Source: Carcharhinus longimanus
Lineage: Eukaryota
Length of the DNA stretch: 64,000 bases
Direction: 5' to 3'
NCBI GenBank assembly: GCA_030264375.1
Contig: JASCQW010000032.1
Coordinates: 52,318,901-52,382,900, forward strand
The notes under the pieces were generated by a model that did not search any database, had not been told where the DNA came from, and was given only the letters and a program-made list of their open reading frames with translations. Positions 51,496 to 64,000 of this stretch are shown here, piece by piece; the first letter of the stretch is position 1, and each line of letters begins with the position of its first letter. The translations under genes and the position numbers were made by a program.

Positions 51496-53569
51496 CTTGC
51501 CCCCAAGCCTTTACCCAAATATATTTACAATCATATTTACTTGCAACCCCTTCTGCTCCAAATTTCTGACTTTACAGATCCAGATCTGGAGCCTTTAGGA
51601 CTCTTCCAGTCTCATTCTTTTCAACTTTGAAGGAGTGGTAGTCTCAACTGTTTCTGGATGACTTTGTTGGTCTGGAGTTGAAGTTGCAGTACTTAATGTT
51701 GCAATTATTTGGGTTTCCACCTTCACTTCGCTCAAATGTATGATAAGGATTTGTCATAAGGAATGAGGAGCAGACTTTTCCTGTTCCCACTTCTGGGGTA
51801 TGCATCAAGTGAAGCCTTTGTTGATTTTTATCCCTCAGGACAATGATGCCTCTCTGTCAAGATCCCTGATCCAAACCTGGTTACCTCTGTTTAACCTGGG
51901 CATATTTCTTCCACTCTAAGTGGAAGCTTGTTGTCTGTCGGACTGTCCTTGGTTCTGAACCTCGTAATTATCTCATGGTTGGTTGTCAGGGACTGACTGA
52001 TTTCTTTGGCCTCTTTTAGGTCAGATGTTGGCTTCTTTTATGTGATTTCTTTGGCAGCGTGGGTGTGAAGTTTTCTGCCCCGCCAGCAGCTCCGATGGGG
52101 CAAATCCACATTGTAGTATGGTAAACCTACATGTCAAAAACACGGTTGGAATGTCATCATGTTTCATCAAGAGTGTTTTAATGACGTGGACACCCCTTTC
52201 TGCCTCACTGTTTGATTGTGGATACCTTGGGGAACTGGTGAGATTTTGAAATCAGTAATTCCTGCAAAATGAGTACAATATTCATTAGTGAATTGTGGAC
52301 CCTTGTCGGACACTACCTGGTCTGCGATGTCATGGATCACCAAGATTTCTTTCAATGACTTAATGACCAACTCTGTGGTCATTATGCTTATCCTTCATTT
52401 GGATCCACCAAGAGAAATAGTCAACAATGATGAGGAAAATATGAACAGATCCATTCCCAGACTTTCTCAAGGTCTGATAGGGAAGTGCGTGAGATAAAGG
52501 GCTCCTTCAAAACTGATTTGTGCAATGTGTACACATGACAGTTTTAAATCATCAGTTCAGTTGCTCTTGATATCCCTGGCCAATCACACTGCATACTGGG
52601 CTCACACTCTGCACTTTGTGATGCAATGTTGCTTTGACAGATTCATTGTAGGATCTCTGGCCAGAGTGAATGGGAATGATCAAACACTCATCGTGCATCA
52701 GTAGGTCATCAGTAACAGTGAAGTGTTTCTGCACTTCAATGTAAATTTTCATAATATAGCTACATGAACACGGTAGTGGACAACTTTGTAGGCAGTACTG
52801 ATAGATGTGGATGTGCTCTTCGTCTTGCATCTGTTCCTGGCATATATGTTGAAGCTTTTTGGAGCTTGCTGACAGTTGAATTGGCATGAACTGGGAACAT
52901 AACCCGAGCTCATCAACCAAATTGATATCATGTGTCACATTCTGGGCACTGTGGTCTGGACAACATGTCCGCAGTTGTTTGATGCTTCCTTTGGATGCAA
53001 AGCACATGAGACATAAGCAGAATCTTTGACTTCTAGGGGCACCCCTAGTGAGGTCTTTCTCATCCAACAGTGAGACCAATGGTTCATGGTCTTACATGAT
53101 GATTACTTTCAGCCACCAATTAGGCAGAAAGTTTCTCACAAGCTCACATCACTGCGAGAGCCTCTTTTTCAATAACTGCATTTCTGTGCCTGACAGCTCC
53201 TTAGATTGCAATATACTGGTCAGTGGCATTCATTCTGCTGCTCTTGGAACAGAACTGCCCCTAATCCTATAGACGGGGTATCTGTTGTCATTGTACTTGG
53301 CAGGGATGGGTCATAGTGAGGCAGGATATCACATGAGAGCAGCATGCCTATAATCTGATGGAATACTTGCACTTGGTGTGCATCTCAACACCACTCTTGA
53401 GCCTTTTTCAGGAGGAGAGGATCTGTGATCTGCACCAGGTTGGTCAGAAATGGATTTCAGTGTTGGAAACTCACTAATTGCCCTTGCTTTATGTGGGTCC
53501 ACCATGATTTCTTTACTGTTCACAGTATGACCCAAAAACAAAACTGAGGTCTTGGAGAGAATTTGACTT

Positions 53570-53675
53570 GATTTTGATTTGATTTATCATTGTCACATGT
53601 ATTAGCATACAGTGAAAAGTATTGTTTCTTGCACGCTATCCAGACAAAGCATACTGTTCATAGAGAAGGAAAGCC
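53570..53675 (-). mobile_element. Short Rex1 3' tail inserted in the Gypsy RT
   Basis: gattttgatttgatttatcattgtcacatgtattagcatacagtgaaaagtattg; flanked by near-duplicate agagaatttgactt / agagaacttggactt. Confidence 0.75.
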
Positions 53676-54774
53676 TTTTCATAGAGAACTTGGACTTTTG
53701 ATTCAGCATTGATCCTACTTCCTGCAAACAGTTCAAGACAGCCTTGAGCCTACTCTCCTGTTCCTCTATAAGCATACCATGGACAAGGAAATTATCCATT
53801 TGCCAGATGACTCCTTTCAGGCCTTGTAAGATGGCCAACATTACGCACTGAAAAATCTCAGGTCCTGTGGAAATGCTGAAGGGTAAATGACTGAAACAGA
53901 ATCTGGCAAATGGGGTGCTAAAAGTTGTTAGCAATTTATATTTCTTGTCCAACAGAACTGGTTTTCTCTTTTGAAAATACTGCCCTTGGAAGAGCTTGTT
54001 CAAACTATCCTCCATGGGGAACATCAGATGGATTCTCTCCCCACTGCTTTATTATCTTGTGTCAAGTTAACACAGATGTGGATGGATCTATCTGGCTTTG
54101 TAACTGGGAGCATCCTGGAACATCATTCTGTTAGCTGAGTGATAGATGAGAGCCCGCCCTCCCACTTTGGTCATCTCATCAATTGTTTGCTTCATAAGTG
54201 GGTCTGGTATTTTCCATGGTGTAAACAAGCACGCAGAATTGGCATTGTTTCTCAGAGTTTTGTTGTAAGCAGTCACCCCAGCCCTGTAAATAGTTTTGGA
54301 AAATCCTTTTTAAAATTGGAACCAGTACCATGGTTAATCTCGTAAATCTTTTGGCATTGTTGAGGTTGACACAGGTTTTCCTATACAGGAGAGAAATTTC
54401 TTGATTGTGGAGCACATATAACATCTGCTGTATTTTTTTTAACACGAAAGCATTGCTTGCTATATACCTTTGACTTGGAGCTTGAGGTTTCCTTGTCACT
54501 GTGTTGTTGGAACATTGCTTCACTTCACCTTATCCAACAGGACTGCAACATTGGTGCTTATGTCTTCTTGGAAATTTGTGAGATGACCATTTACAGATAT
54601 GTCAGCATTCCAGAATGTAAATCTTGGATCCTAAATTTTCCCCAAGAAGTATTGTTAGATTTCTTCTTTATTCCAATATGACATGTAATTGCTAGGCTGA
54701 CCAAATTCCAAAGGAAAACATGCTCAAGTTATCACAGCAATTTTATCTTCATTATGAGAATGTATGTGAACTGA

Positions 54775-55060
54775 AACATAGAAACCAGAAGCAAGAATAG
54801 GCCATTCAGCCCTTCGTGCCTACTCCGCCATTCATTTTAATCGCTGCTGATCATCAAATTCAATACCCTGATTCCCCCTTCCTCCAATCCTTTGATTCCT
54901 TTAGTCTCTAATTTCTTTTTGAATTCAGACAATGTTCTGTGGTAGTGAATTTCACACATTCACCATCCTCTGGGTGAATAAATTTCTCCTCACCTCAGTT
55001 CTTAAAGGTTTACCTTTATCCTCAAACTATGACCCCTAATTCTGGACTCCCCCATCATCT
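54775..55060 (-). mobile_element. CR1 3' end inserted in the Gypsy relic
   Basis: aaacatagaaacc...ataggccattcagccc; similar to 30055-30392. Confidence 0.7.
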
Positions 55061-56159
55061 TGTGTTCTGTTTGAGTATTGTTTTCCTCGCTCTGGACTCT
55101 CATTGATCTTTTGTTGCTTTATTAGCTGGAATGTTGGGGTTGTTCTGTGCCATTGGTTTTTTGGTTTTGCTAGCAGACCTCCAATTGTCTGACAATTTTG
55201 ATGGCTTTTTCCAAAGTTAGATCTTCTTTAGATCCCCTGAAAGCATTTCACCAGCCACTGACACTACTATTTGGCCTCTTATGAGTTCTAACTTAAGGTC
55301 ACTATAGTCAGAGCCTCCAGCCAATTTGTGTATCTCATTTATGAGAGAATTTCCAGGTTCTCCAGGTTTTTGGATTCTTAGGATTTGGTTACTCCAAAAT
55401 TTTATTGTTTCTGAGGTTACAGGAGTGTCAAAGGACTCATGCTTTCTCAAAGTCATCATAAGATTCATTTATTCCTTGCCTGGCAATTAAGTTGTTGGCA
55501 ATTGGACCTACTGGATATAATAATGTATTTACTTGTTCAGTCTCTGTTTTCTTATTCAAACCAGGTGTTAAAAATCTTTTCCATAATGGCCCAATTTTGC
55601 ACCTAGTCTGGCTCTTCCCTCTGCCTTAATTGGTCCAGAACTGTTGATTTATCATCCATGGCTGCTTTCAAGGAAATACAGCTTTAAGTCTTGCTAAATG
55701 ACAGTGCAGTAATCATCTTTTCTCTTCCTTAATTTGTTAAACTCCCATTATGGTTACTGAACTGTTTTAAATTTAAAGGATTTTCAGAAAATCATTTGAA
55801 GGAATTACTTTGGTCAGCAACTTGCTTCTCTAAGCTTGGAAAATCAAATCAAAGCTGATCTTTTGCTCTAGCTTCTCTTTTTGTATACCTACATTTACCA
55901 TGTATTATGGCACTGATTCTGTATCTGGGTTATGCCAATCCTTCAAGCTAACATCATTAAAACAATCAGTTTGCAGTGCTGCCTGAATATTGCACCAAAT
56001 TTTAAAAATTAATTTTAGCTTTTGTTTTAGAAAAAGAGTTTGCTCACCCATTTTTCACTCAGGCTAGGTCCTTGGATTCTGTTTTCAATTGGGTCTCACA
56101 ATGGACCTCCACATATACACTGGTGGAATCTTGTTACACTGCACAGTGGGTCTTTCTTC

Positions 56160-57116
56160 TGCCATTTTACCATTTTGATTCTAATTGGGGGGCAGACTTG
56201 AAACTGGGAATGTTTCAGATCCAACTTTTAGACCTATTCTCAGGCGCCCCCTTATGCACTCTGCCTGAAAAAAAATCAGCAATTCTGAATCGTGCTGCAG
56301 AAGCTTGTGGGCTGGGCTTAACACACCCGAAACCTTGCAGCTCCGATTGGTGCCTCTAACTATGGGCCAGATAATGGCCCCACCCCTACCCCGGTCCCCA
56401 CCGCCATTGCCCCACCCCACAACATTACTGACGTACTTGTCCCCCTATTCCCTCCACCACCCAGACCGATCACAGGCCTCTCCCCCCACTTCACCCGCCC
56501 ACCAATCTCCGGCAGAGGAGCCTCCCTGCCTCCTCACTGATCTCAGGCAGAGTGGCAGCGGACCACCCCCTCCCCTCACTGATCTCAGGCAGAGTGAGAG
56601 CAGACCATCCCTTCCCCCTCACTGATCTCAGGCAGAGTGGCAGCAGACTCCCCTTTCCCCCTCACTGATCTCAGAGTGGCAGAAGACCCCACCTTTCCCC
56701 CACCCCACTGATCTCAGACAGAGTGGCAGAAGACCCTACCTTCCCCCCACCCCAGATATTTTAAGCAGAGAGCTGTCTGACTCCTGCCCCTACCGATCTT
56801 GGCACTTACCTCCTCACAAACTGGAGCGCTCGAATCAGACTTTTGTGGACCATATCTGTTTTGTGTTGATTCTGGATGGGCAAACATGGTGGTAAAGGGG
56901 GAAGTACTGGTAAGGTTGGGTGTGCAGCCCATTAAGTCAATTTAAATGCATGCCTGTTTCAGGCGCGGTCCCTATTGCAGCGATTTTAGGGCTTTGGTAA
57001 AGGAGGAATTGCTGCAGAGGTAGGCGCAGATTGTGCTACTCGCCTCACGCCCGACTTTACTGAGTTTTCACACCTGAAAACAGGTGCAACTTGAATAACT
57101 TGGCAAAATTGGGCCA
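56160..57116. mobile_element. Non-autonomous DNA-transposon-like (possibly Harbinger/PIF) element
   Basis: GC-richer block with imperfect termini (gccattttacca... / ...tggcaaaattgggcc) and an internal minisatellite; no transposase seen. Confidence 0.4.
56533..56752. repeat. ~41-44 bp minisatellite, 5 copies (ctcactgatctcaggcagagtggcagcagacc...cccc)
   Basis: Tandem copies directly visible, plus one degenerate copy upstream at ~56500. Confidence 0.9.
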
Positions 57117-57321
57117 CATCTGCAGTGGAGCTTCTAAGGTAATCTCCAGCTGCGTATTTGAAGTCTTCAAGTTAGGTGTACTTCTCTCAGGTCAGACTGC
57201 AGTTTCTTTACTTAATTCTTAGGGGTTTTGAGGTCCTTCATCTGCTGCCGTCATGTTGTATGTTATCTCACTGAAGAGATTTAAAGGCTTGTATGATGAA
57301 CTTTGTTAGAAGCACATCATT

Positions 57322-57520
57322 AAACATATAAGAAATAGGAACAGTAGCCCCCTCAGTCCCTCAAACCTGCTCCATCATTCAATAGAACCATGGCTGATCC
57401 AACATTCCTCACGTCCACTTTCCTGCACTTTTCTCGTAACCCTTGATTCCCTTACTGACCAAAATCTATCTATATCAGCCTTAGATATTCACAAGGAGTC
57501 TGCCCCCACAGCCTCCATAG
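57322..57520 (-). mobile_element. CR1 3' end
   Basis: aacatataagaaataggaacagtagccc...ctgctccatcattcaatagaaccatggctgatc. Confidence 0.65.
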
Positions 57521-57759
57521 GGTATGTAGGTCTTTTGTCTGCTCTATATTGTCATAACTGGTAGTTTTATGCAGAAAACTAAAAACTTGAACATGGACAT
57601 AGCTCCTCGAGAGTCAGATGTACAGAGAAAATACTACCAGGACAACAATCATCCAGGATTCTTCAGCGACTCCTGAAATGAGCAACATCTAGAAATGATA
57701 ATATATCTGATCAAAATAATATAATATAAAATAGATTAATGAATACTCAGCAAAAATGG

Positions 57760-59000
57760 AGGGAATTTTCCTTGACCATCTTTATTGAATTTTTGGGGAA
57801 TTAATAGGTACATTAAATAATGGTAATGGAGTAGATGTAATTTATCGGGATTTTTCAATGATTTTCAAAAAGGTGCCCCTTAGATTCATGAATAGGGTCA
57901 GAGAATGCTGGGAGATAGAATGGATTGCTAGCTGGCTTTGTGACAAAGCAGAGAGTGAGAGTAAATGGTAATTATTTCAAATGGCTTGGATGAGGCAATT
58001 GTGGGTGGAAGTGGTGTAACAAATGATCACTGCTGGGACTACTATTGTTCACAATTTATATCAATGTTTTGGGCTTTGGAATTAAAAACACAATTTCAAT
58101 GTTTGCACATGACACCAAACTGGGGCAATGGAGGGGCGGGAGAGACGGCGGTGGAGATAATGCTGAGAGAACTGCAACAAATTGCAGAAGAAATTAATAA
58201 TCCTGCAGAATGGGCAAATAATTGACAAATGAAGTTCAACACAGATACATGGGATGAAGAATATAGCGATTACTTATTACTTGGAAGATGCAGGTAGAGG
58301 AACAAAGAGATCTCAAGAGTATAAGTACACCAAAAGTTGTGTCACAGATTAGCAAAGCCATAAAATAGCAAACCAAGCTCTGGGTTTTATATCTGTATGG
58401 ATAGAACTGACCAGTAGGGAAGACTGTGTCGAACCTGTTTCTAACCTTGGTTATACCACACAGAGTACTGGGTACAGTTCCGGCTGCCATATTATAAAAA
58501 GGACATACAGAGCCATTGGGGAGGGTGCAGAGAAGATTTAAAAGGGCAATACTAAGAATGTACAGGCTTAAATATCAGAAAAGAATTGACAGGCTGGGTT
58601 TCTTGAAAAATGGCCAAGGGGTGATTTAATGGAGGTCCTTAAAACTAGAGAAGATTTTGATAGAATGGATACAGCGAGAATGTTTCTTTTTAAGGAGAGG
58701 AGCATAACTAGAGGCTATTGAAAAATAGGGACCAATAAATTCAGGTGGATTTTCAGAAGAAATTCTTTATCCAGTGAATGGTGAGAGTGTGGAACTTTCT
58801 GTCATAGGGCCTGGTTGAAGTCAATAATGAAGGTCCACTTAAAGAAAAACAGGACAGGCATATGAAGAAAGGGGGAATAATGGAGAAGTGCAATGGTAGA
58901 TTTAGATGAGGAAAGATGGGAGAGGCTTGAGTGAAGCATAAGCATCAACACGGACTGGCTGGGCCAAACAGCCCGTTCCTGTGCCTTATTTCCTTAGTAA
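57760..59000 (+). mobile_element. Decayed CR1 RT/3' end
   Basis: VDVIYRDF, FAHDTKLG, WQMKFN-like and EYWVQF..PYYKKD motifs. Confidence 0.7.
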
Positions 59001-59259
59001 CTTAAATCCTTGAATCATTCTCTTCTATCTTTATCAGCTTTGCCTAACTTTCTGTTCCCTTTCAAATAGTAGATTGAAACTTCAATCTTGTACCCATCTT
59101 AGAACATGACATCTAAATCAGGAATCAGCATCAAATAATGCACCCTTACTTGTATAACTGTACTTTCAATGAATAACAGAATACGACGCAAGTGTGCATT
59201 TTCCTTTGCTACAATAAACTCCAAAGTAAATAGAAGCTAGTCTAGTTTTTAAATAAATT

Positions 59260-59500
59260 AAAATGCTGGAAATAATCTGAAGGTCAGGCAGTATTTGTAG
59301 AAACAGAGTTATTGTTTTGGGTTGATGATTACTCTTCATCAGAAGTGAGGAAAGGTAGAAATATAATGCATTTTGAACAAGTGAAAGGAAACAGGATAAG
59401 ATAAAAGTAAACTGAATGTGGGTGGTTGGGGCAGGGGATGGGTGGGGGGGAGGGAGGGAGGGTGGGTGGAGGTCCCCTGATAGATCATGGATTTGCAGGT
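59260..59500 (-). mobile_element. Penelope-like 3' region with CUGAUGA core
   Basis: Minus strand: ttctgatgaagagtaatcatcaacccaaaacaataactctgtttctacaaatactgcctgacc. Confidence 0.5.
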
Positions 59501-60247
59501 TGTCCACTGCAGGGCTCAGAATAGGTCTTTTAAATTGCTTACTCTGGAGTTACAAGTGTTTTTGTCCTCTTTAAACTTTTTCAGAATTACTATCAGAACC
59601 ATCTGAAGTTAGTGATTTAAACCGCATTATTGGATAGTTCCCAGCATGGCACAAGTGTCCCAGGAAGTTTGCAATTCTTGTTATAAAACAAAATATGACA
59701 CCAGGTCACATTAGTTGATGTTAGGTCTGATGGCTTGGTCAAAGATGTAGATTTTAAGAGTATCTTAAAGGAGGAAAATAATGTCCATGAACACAAACTA
59801 CTAAAAATTAGTAGAGAAATGCAAAAAGTAATCAAAAGTGCTAATCTCAAGTGGACTGGAATATAAAGGGGAGGAAGTTATGTTTCAATTAAACAGGGCT
59901 TTATCCGTAATCCATTTGAGCACTGTATTCAGTTTTGCACGCTGAAAGATAGATACAGATGATCTTTACCAGGAGAATCCTGAAGAAAAGAGCATAAGCT
60001 GACATTAACAAGGAAACACCATTTCCCACAAATAGTTGTAAATGTCTGAAATTTTCTCCCGATAAGAATACGAGTACTGGACCTTAAGAATATTGATTTT
60101 TGTTAGCTAAGGATATCTATGGAAATGGGCCAAAGTCTTGAAGATGCAATTAGTGTTCAGATCAAATATGATCTAATCGAATGGTGGACAGACTTAGAAA
60201 CAGGTGTAGGCCATTCAGGTTTTTTTTTAATGTCGTTCACTTTAATA

Positions 60248-60350
60248 CAGTAAGAAGTCTCACAACACCAGGTTAAAGTCCAACAGGTTTATTTGATTGT
60301 AAACGCCACTAGCTTTTGGAACACTGTTCCCTTGTTAGGTGAGTGGAGAG
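60248..60350 (-). mobile_element. Second Penelope-type terminal repeat, degenerate
   Basis: Minus strand: cacctaacaagggaacagtgttccaaaagctagtggc...aaataaacctgttggactttaacctggtgttgtgagacttcttac. Confidence 0.5.
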
Positions 60351-63300
60351 TTCAATTTAATAGACAATTATTATTGGTATTGGAAGAAAATAGCAAATTT
60401 AGAAATTGATTTCTTGATAATTACAGAATTGTGAAACCTGCACAACAGGAAACTAGGGAGAGATAGGAATTCTAGAATTATAGCAATAAACCATGGGAGA
60501 TTTGGAAGGATAAACCACATGCACCATGTTTCTACTGTTCTTAGCTTTCCTTTGTTAACAAGTTCTTTGTTTCTTCCTTACTTGGGAACTGTAGTTTAAA
60601 AACACATTTCCTTTCCCTCATATATTGCTTTTTAGCTACATTCTTACTTCTCATTTTCCTGGACCACAAAGATCATTCGCTAGATGAACTGGTGACAGGT
60701 GGCATGCTCCCAGGGATCTGGCAGTGATGATCTGTAACTGTCTGCCAGGATGTGGGAGAAGAGTCTGGGGAAATGAGCATGGGTTACTGCGGTTTATTTC
60801 ACTTAAAAGCTTTAATGAAGTGTCATGAAAATAATTGCATTGTGCCTTTAGGGTGAACAGTGCTTTTCCAGTTTAATAAACAACCATGGGCATCATTTAC
60901 ATAATTGTCATTCTATATCTTGGCTTTATTTTGAGAAACCATGTAAATCTACTTTTCCAAAAGTAATTATGGTCACAGTTAAAATAGATCTCCTAGGTCT
61001 CTTGTTTTTAGCTGCTTATTTTGTAATATGCAAAAACACACAACAAACGAACCTATGCAGTGTTTGTGTATAGGTGCATTATTCATATTAGACACCAAAA
61101 AAGTCAAAGGTACATCCAGCCCAGTCAACCCTACAAAGTCCTCCTCATCTGGGCTTTGTGCCAAAATTGGGAGAGCCGTCTCAGACTCGTTGAGCAACAG
61201 CCTGCTGTAATCACATTCACAAATCATACCTTTCAGCCAGTGCCCTGAAATCCTCCATCACCATCCCTGGGAATGACCCGTCCCACCAGAAAAACAGAGT
61301 AGGAAATTACATTCAGTGCAGGTTATTAATCGAGGTGAGAAAATTACACTAGATTTAGCAATTTTTTAACAATGCCACAGCATTAAAAATAACTAATCAT
61401 GTTACATCACCACTTATTGTCTGATTGCACAGAAGTTTAATTTGATACCGATAAGACATGTAAATGCCGGAAATTGATGTTCCTTTTGTCAATCTCCTTT
61501 GGGTTCTGCTGAAGATTTTCATGTCAGTTCATTGTTAACTACCTCAGATGGCCATGCTGAATGTAGGAGCATTTTTGGCTTGCCGTTTGGTCGTAGGGAC
61601 CATATGTCCACATGCCTAGGCCATGATTTTCCATCCCACTAATTACAGGCATCATTGCAGGTGGGATGTGAAAATTTGGAGACCAGCCTAGACCGCTTTC
61701 CAAATTTTCTCTTCCAGTCTATGAGGGTGTCTGCTGTTCGCAGGACAAGAAAATCCAGGTCAAGCAGGGATTACAGAACAAATTCTCCTCTGTATTTCTG
61801 AGGACAGTTGTAGTGTCAATCGACGGGATCCAGAACAGGCGCCATGGTTACACCCACCCGCATCATAGAACATCTGCCTTGAGCGGGTCTATCATGTCAC
61901 TGGGATGGGAAGCATGGTGATGCAAAGCTGGGATGTTGACATATGATCTTATTGAATTACATTTTGTTGATGCTTCGTTGATTTCTGGTTTCACTGAATA
62001 TGTTTAAGGCGGACATAGATACTCTTGCCATAAAACTTTCCCAAGAGCTATTGAAATGGTCACTCACCCCTTTGGAGACAATGGGCTAATTTTCAGCTTT
62101 CGCTTACACCTCAAAGTCTGGGCATTGAGTCTTGACCCTGCTACTGAGGTGGGTGCCTTACACAGATGTCCAATTAATGCAGTTGCGTTTAGTCAACAAT
62201 AGCTGCAGGGCCAGTAGGAGGTCCTCTAGCATAGGAGGCCTTCAGAAGAACTTTAAAATATTAAGATATATTGCTACAGTTGTCAGACCATCAGTGTGGA
62301 GGAAGAACCCCTCCAAAGGGTAGACTATGGCTGCAGCTGTGATCCTATGGTTAGTGACTGCAGGACAGGGATTAGATTTAATTCTGATAATGGAGTGCAG
62401 GCCCTTCAACCTACTGCCAAGAGGCAGTCTCCATTCATCTGTTGGGTTACTGCAGGAAAGTGGCCTTTGTAGGCCCCTCAATTGGCTGAAATAGTTACTT
62501 GTCACTTGTGGGCAAGTAGCTACCCACAAGTGACAGGTAAATATTTCCTGAATCAGCTTGCTCCAAAATAGCCAGGAAGCTGGAACAGGCCAACAAACCC
62601 ACCAACATGTCAGCCATTTGGAAGAAATTGTCAGTCCACCCACCCATGGTTCTGCCTTTCTAGCTGAACAAAAAATTGTCTAACATCTTCTTCTAATCTT
62701 TTTCCATCCCCTCTTTGACAATTTTCCTTCAATGTTCATGCTGCCACCTTTTATCCACGTCCCTCTGCTGCACCTTTTAAAATTTTTCCTTTTCCCTCTC
62801 ATACCAAGACTTTGCGCCAAAACTTCCCAACCTCAGATCACAATGATTTATGCCCTGCGCAATTCATGCTGGCATGCTTCAGGCTCTTCCCCTTCTCCTC
62901 AGATTCATGCTGGCAATTAATAGCATGGTGCGTTCTGCTCCCACTTCCTTCTCTCCTCTCCTCTCAAGCTACTCTTCTTCCCTTCACAGTAGAATTGCTG
63001 CTGGATTTGGGTATTTTGTGATACGCAATTTTCTTGACTAATACCTCATCCAGAATAGCATTTTGTATCGGTTGGCATGTGGTGCCCATGAGGAATGGCA
63101 CTGATGAACCACACAAGAGCAGCATTAATTTTTGCCACTTCAGATATTTAAAGAAAGCGCGCATGAATACAATTTGGTCGTCAAAGTTGAAACTCATCTA
63201 ATCTAAACAACCCAAGTGCAAAGCATAGTAATTTCAACATTTTGCACTATTTTATCATCAATGATGACAATGTATTCTCAGCTACTTAAGTTAATCACAA

Positions 63301-63769
63301 AAAAAGCAAGACATGATGAATGCTACTAATTAAACATGTGCTGATTTTAATAACTTTGTAGTAACATACATGATAAGTATGTGAAACAGAGCAATTTACA
63401 CTAAAATAATCTTCACGAATAATGATTATTTTCCTCTCAGTTAATTTCACAGCTTCCAGAAACAGCAAAAGGCACATTTAGAACCCATATATACATACAA
63501 ACATATTTTACAAGAACACTATTGACAAATAGGTCTGCTTAGCAGAGCAAGGATAAATTTACACCCATCCATATTTTAGGACATATTTTGTTCTTTATTT
63601 TCTCTTTGTTCTCTCTTTTCTCCTTGTGCAGTATGTGCACCAATCCACACAGGTAGAATTATTTGTACCACTGATTTCCCCATGATTATCAGTGATGCAG
63701 CTCCCCAACCACAAAGCTTATTTGGTGAATCTTGATGCTCGAGTGTTAATTTTTAATTTTTTTTTCGCA

Positions 63770-64000
63770 GGATTTGGATATCACTACCAAGGCCAGCATT
63801 TATTGCCCATCCTTAATTGCCTTTTGAACTGAGTGGTTTATCATGCAATTTCAGAGGGTAGTTAGGAATCAAATATGGGCGAGACTGGTTAAGGACAGCA
63901 GATTTTCTTCCTGAAAAGGATATTAGCGAACCAGGTTTTTAGAACAATCGATAAAGATTTCATAGTCACTATTATTGAGTTCAGCTTTTAGTTCCAGATT
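63770..64000 (-). mobile_element. tRNA-derived SINE (31.8 kb family), truncated by the window end
   Basis: ggccagcatttattgcccatcc...aaggacagcagattttcttcctgaaaaggatattagcgaaccag. Confidence 0.65.

Larger units (their letters stand above)
51293..55660 (-). mobile_element. Degenerate Gypsy/Ty3 LTR retrotransposon (gag-PR-RT-RNaseH-IN) with one recognisable 3' LTR
   Basis: RT: LLTTFSTPFARFCFSHLPFSISTGPEIFQ...MDNFLVHG; IN: DQVVSDKGPQFT; gag: QKPGE...IRGQIVVSV; many stops and frameshifts. Confidence 0.85.

Noticed and set aside
56533-56752. Regularly spaced repeats resembling a CRISPR array
   Set aside because: Eukaryotic DNA, no unique spacers, no cas genes; a minisatellite
55587-57116. Perfect 14-bp inverted match tggcccaattttgc / gcaaaattgggcca as possible TIRs
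   Set aside because: The left copy appears to sit within the Gypsy gag start and no TSD is evident; probably chance
60400-63700. Possible LY75 terminal exon or 3' UTR
   Set aside because: No TM/FSSVRY-like coding exon recognised; AT-rich sequence alone is insufficient

Overview
Vertebrate genomic DNA, almost certainly a shark (inferred from HE1/V-SINEs, shark-type CR1, Rex1/Babar, L2 and Penelope-derived repeats), from a gappy short-read assembly. It holds one complete protein-coding gene: a 6-exon CD302 (DCL-1/CLEC13A) C-type lectin receptor on the minus strand (CDS 50847->14397, all introns phase 1 GT-AG, about 245 aa: signal peptide, one CTLD, stalk, TM, acidic tail). A GC-rich promoter with a probable non-coding first exon of a second, unidentified minus-strand gene lies at about 520-800. 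The rest is mostly decayed transposable elements, including a ~4.4 kb Gypsy relic whose LTR lies ~450 bp upstream of the CD302 ATG and a hAT (Charlie/Buster) transposase relic in intron 1. I found no well-supported new biological system. The best leads are lineage-specific features of this CD302 (Cys rearrangement, EPS motif, DEC-205-like FxxxxY tail, tandem acceptors), the LTR beside its promoter, a ~217 bp ~95% inverted duplication, and degenerate Penelope hammerhead cores and a hairpin. Repeat family names are from motif recall, not database searches, and repeat boundaries are approximate.
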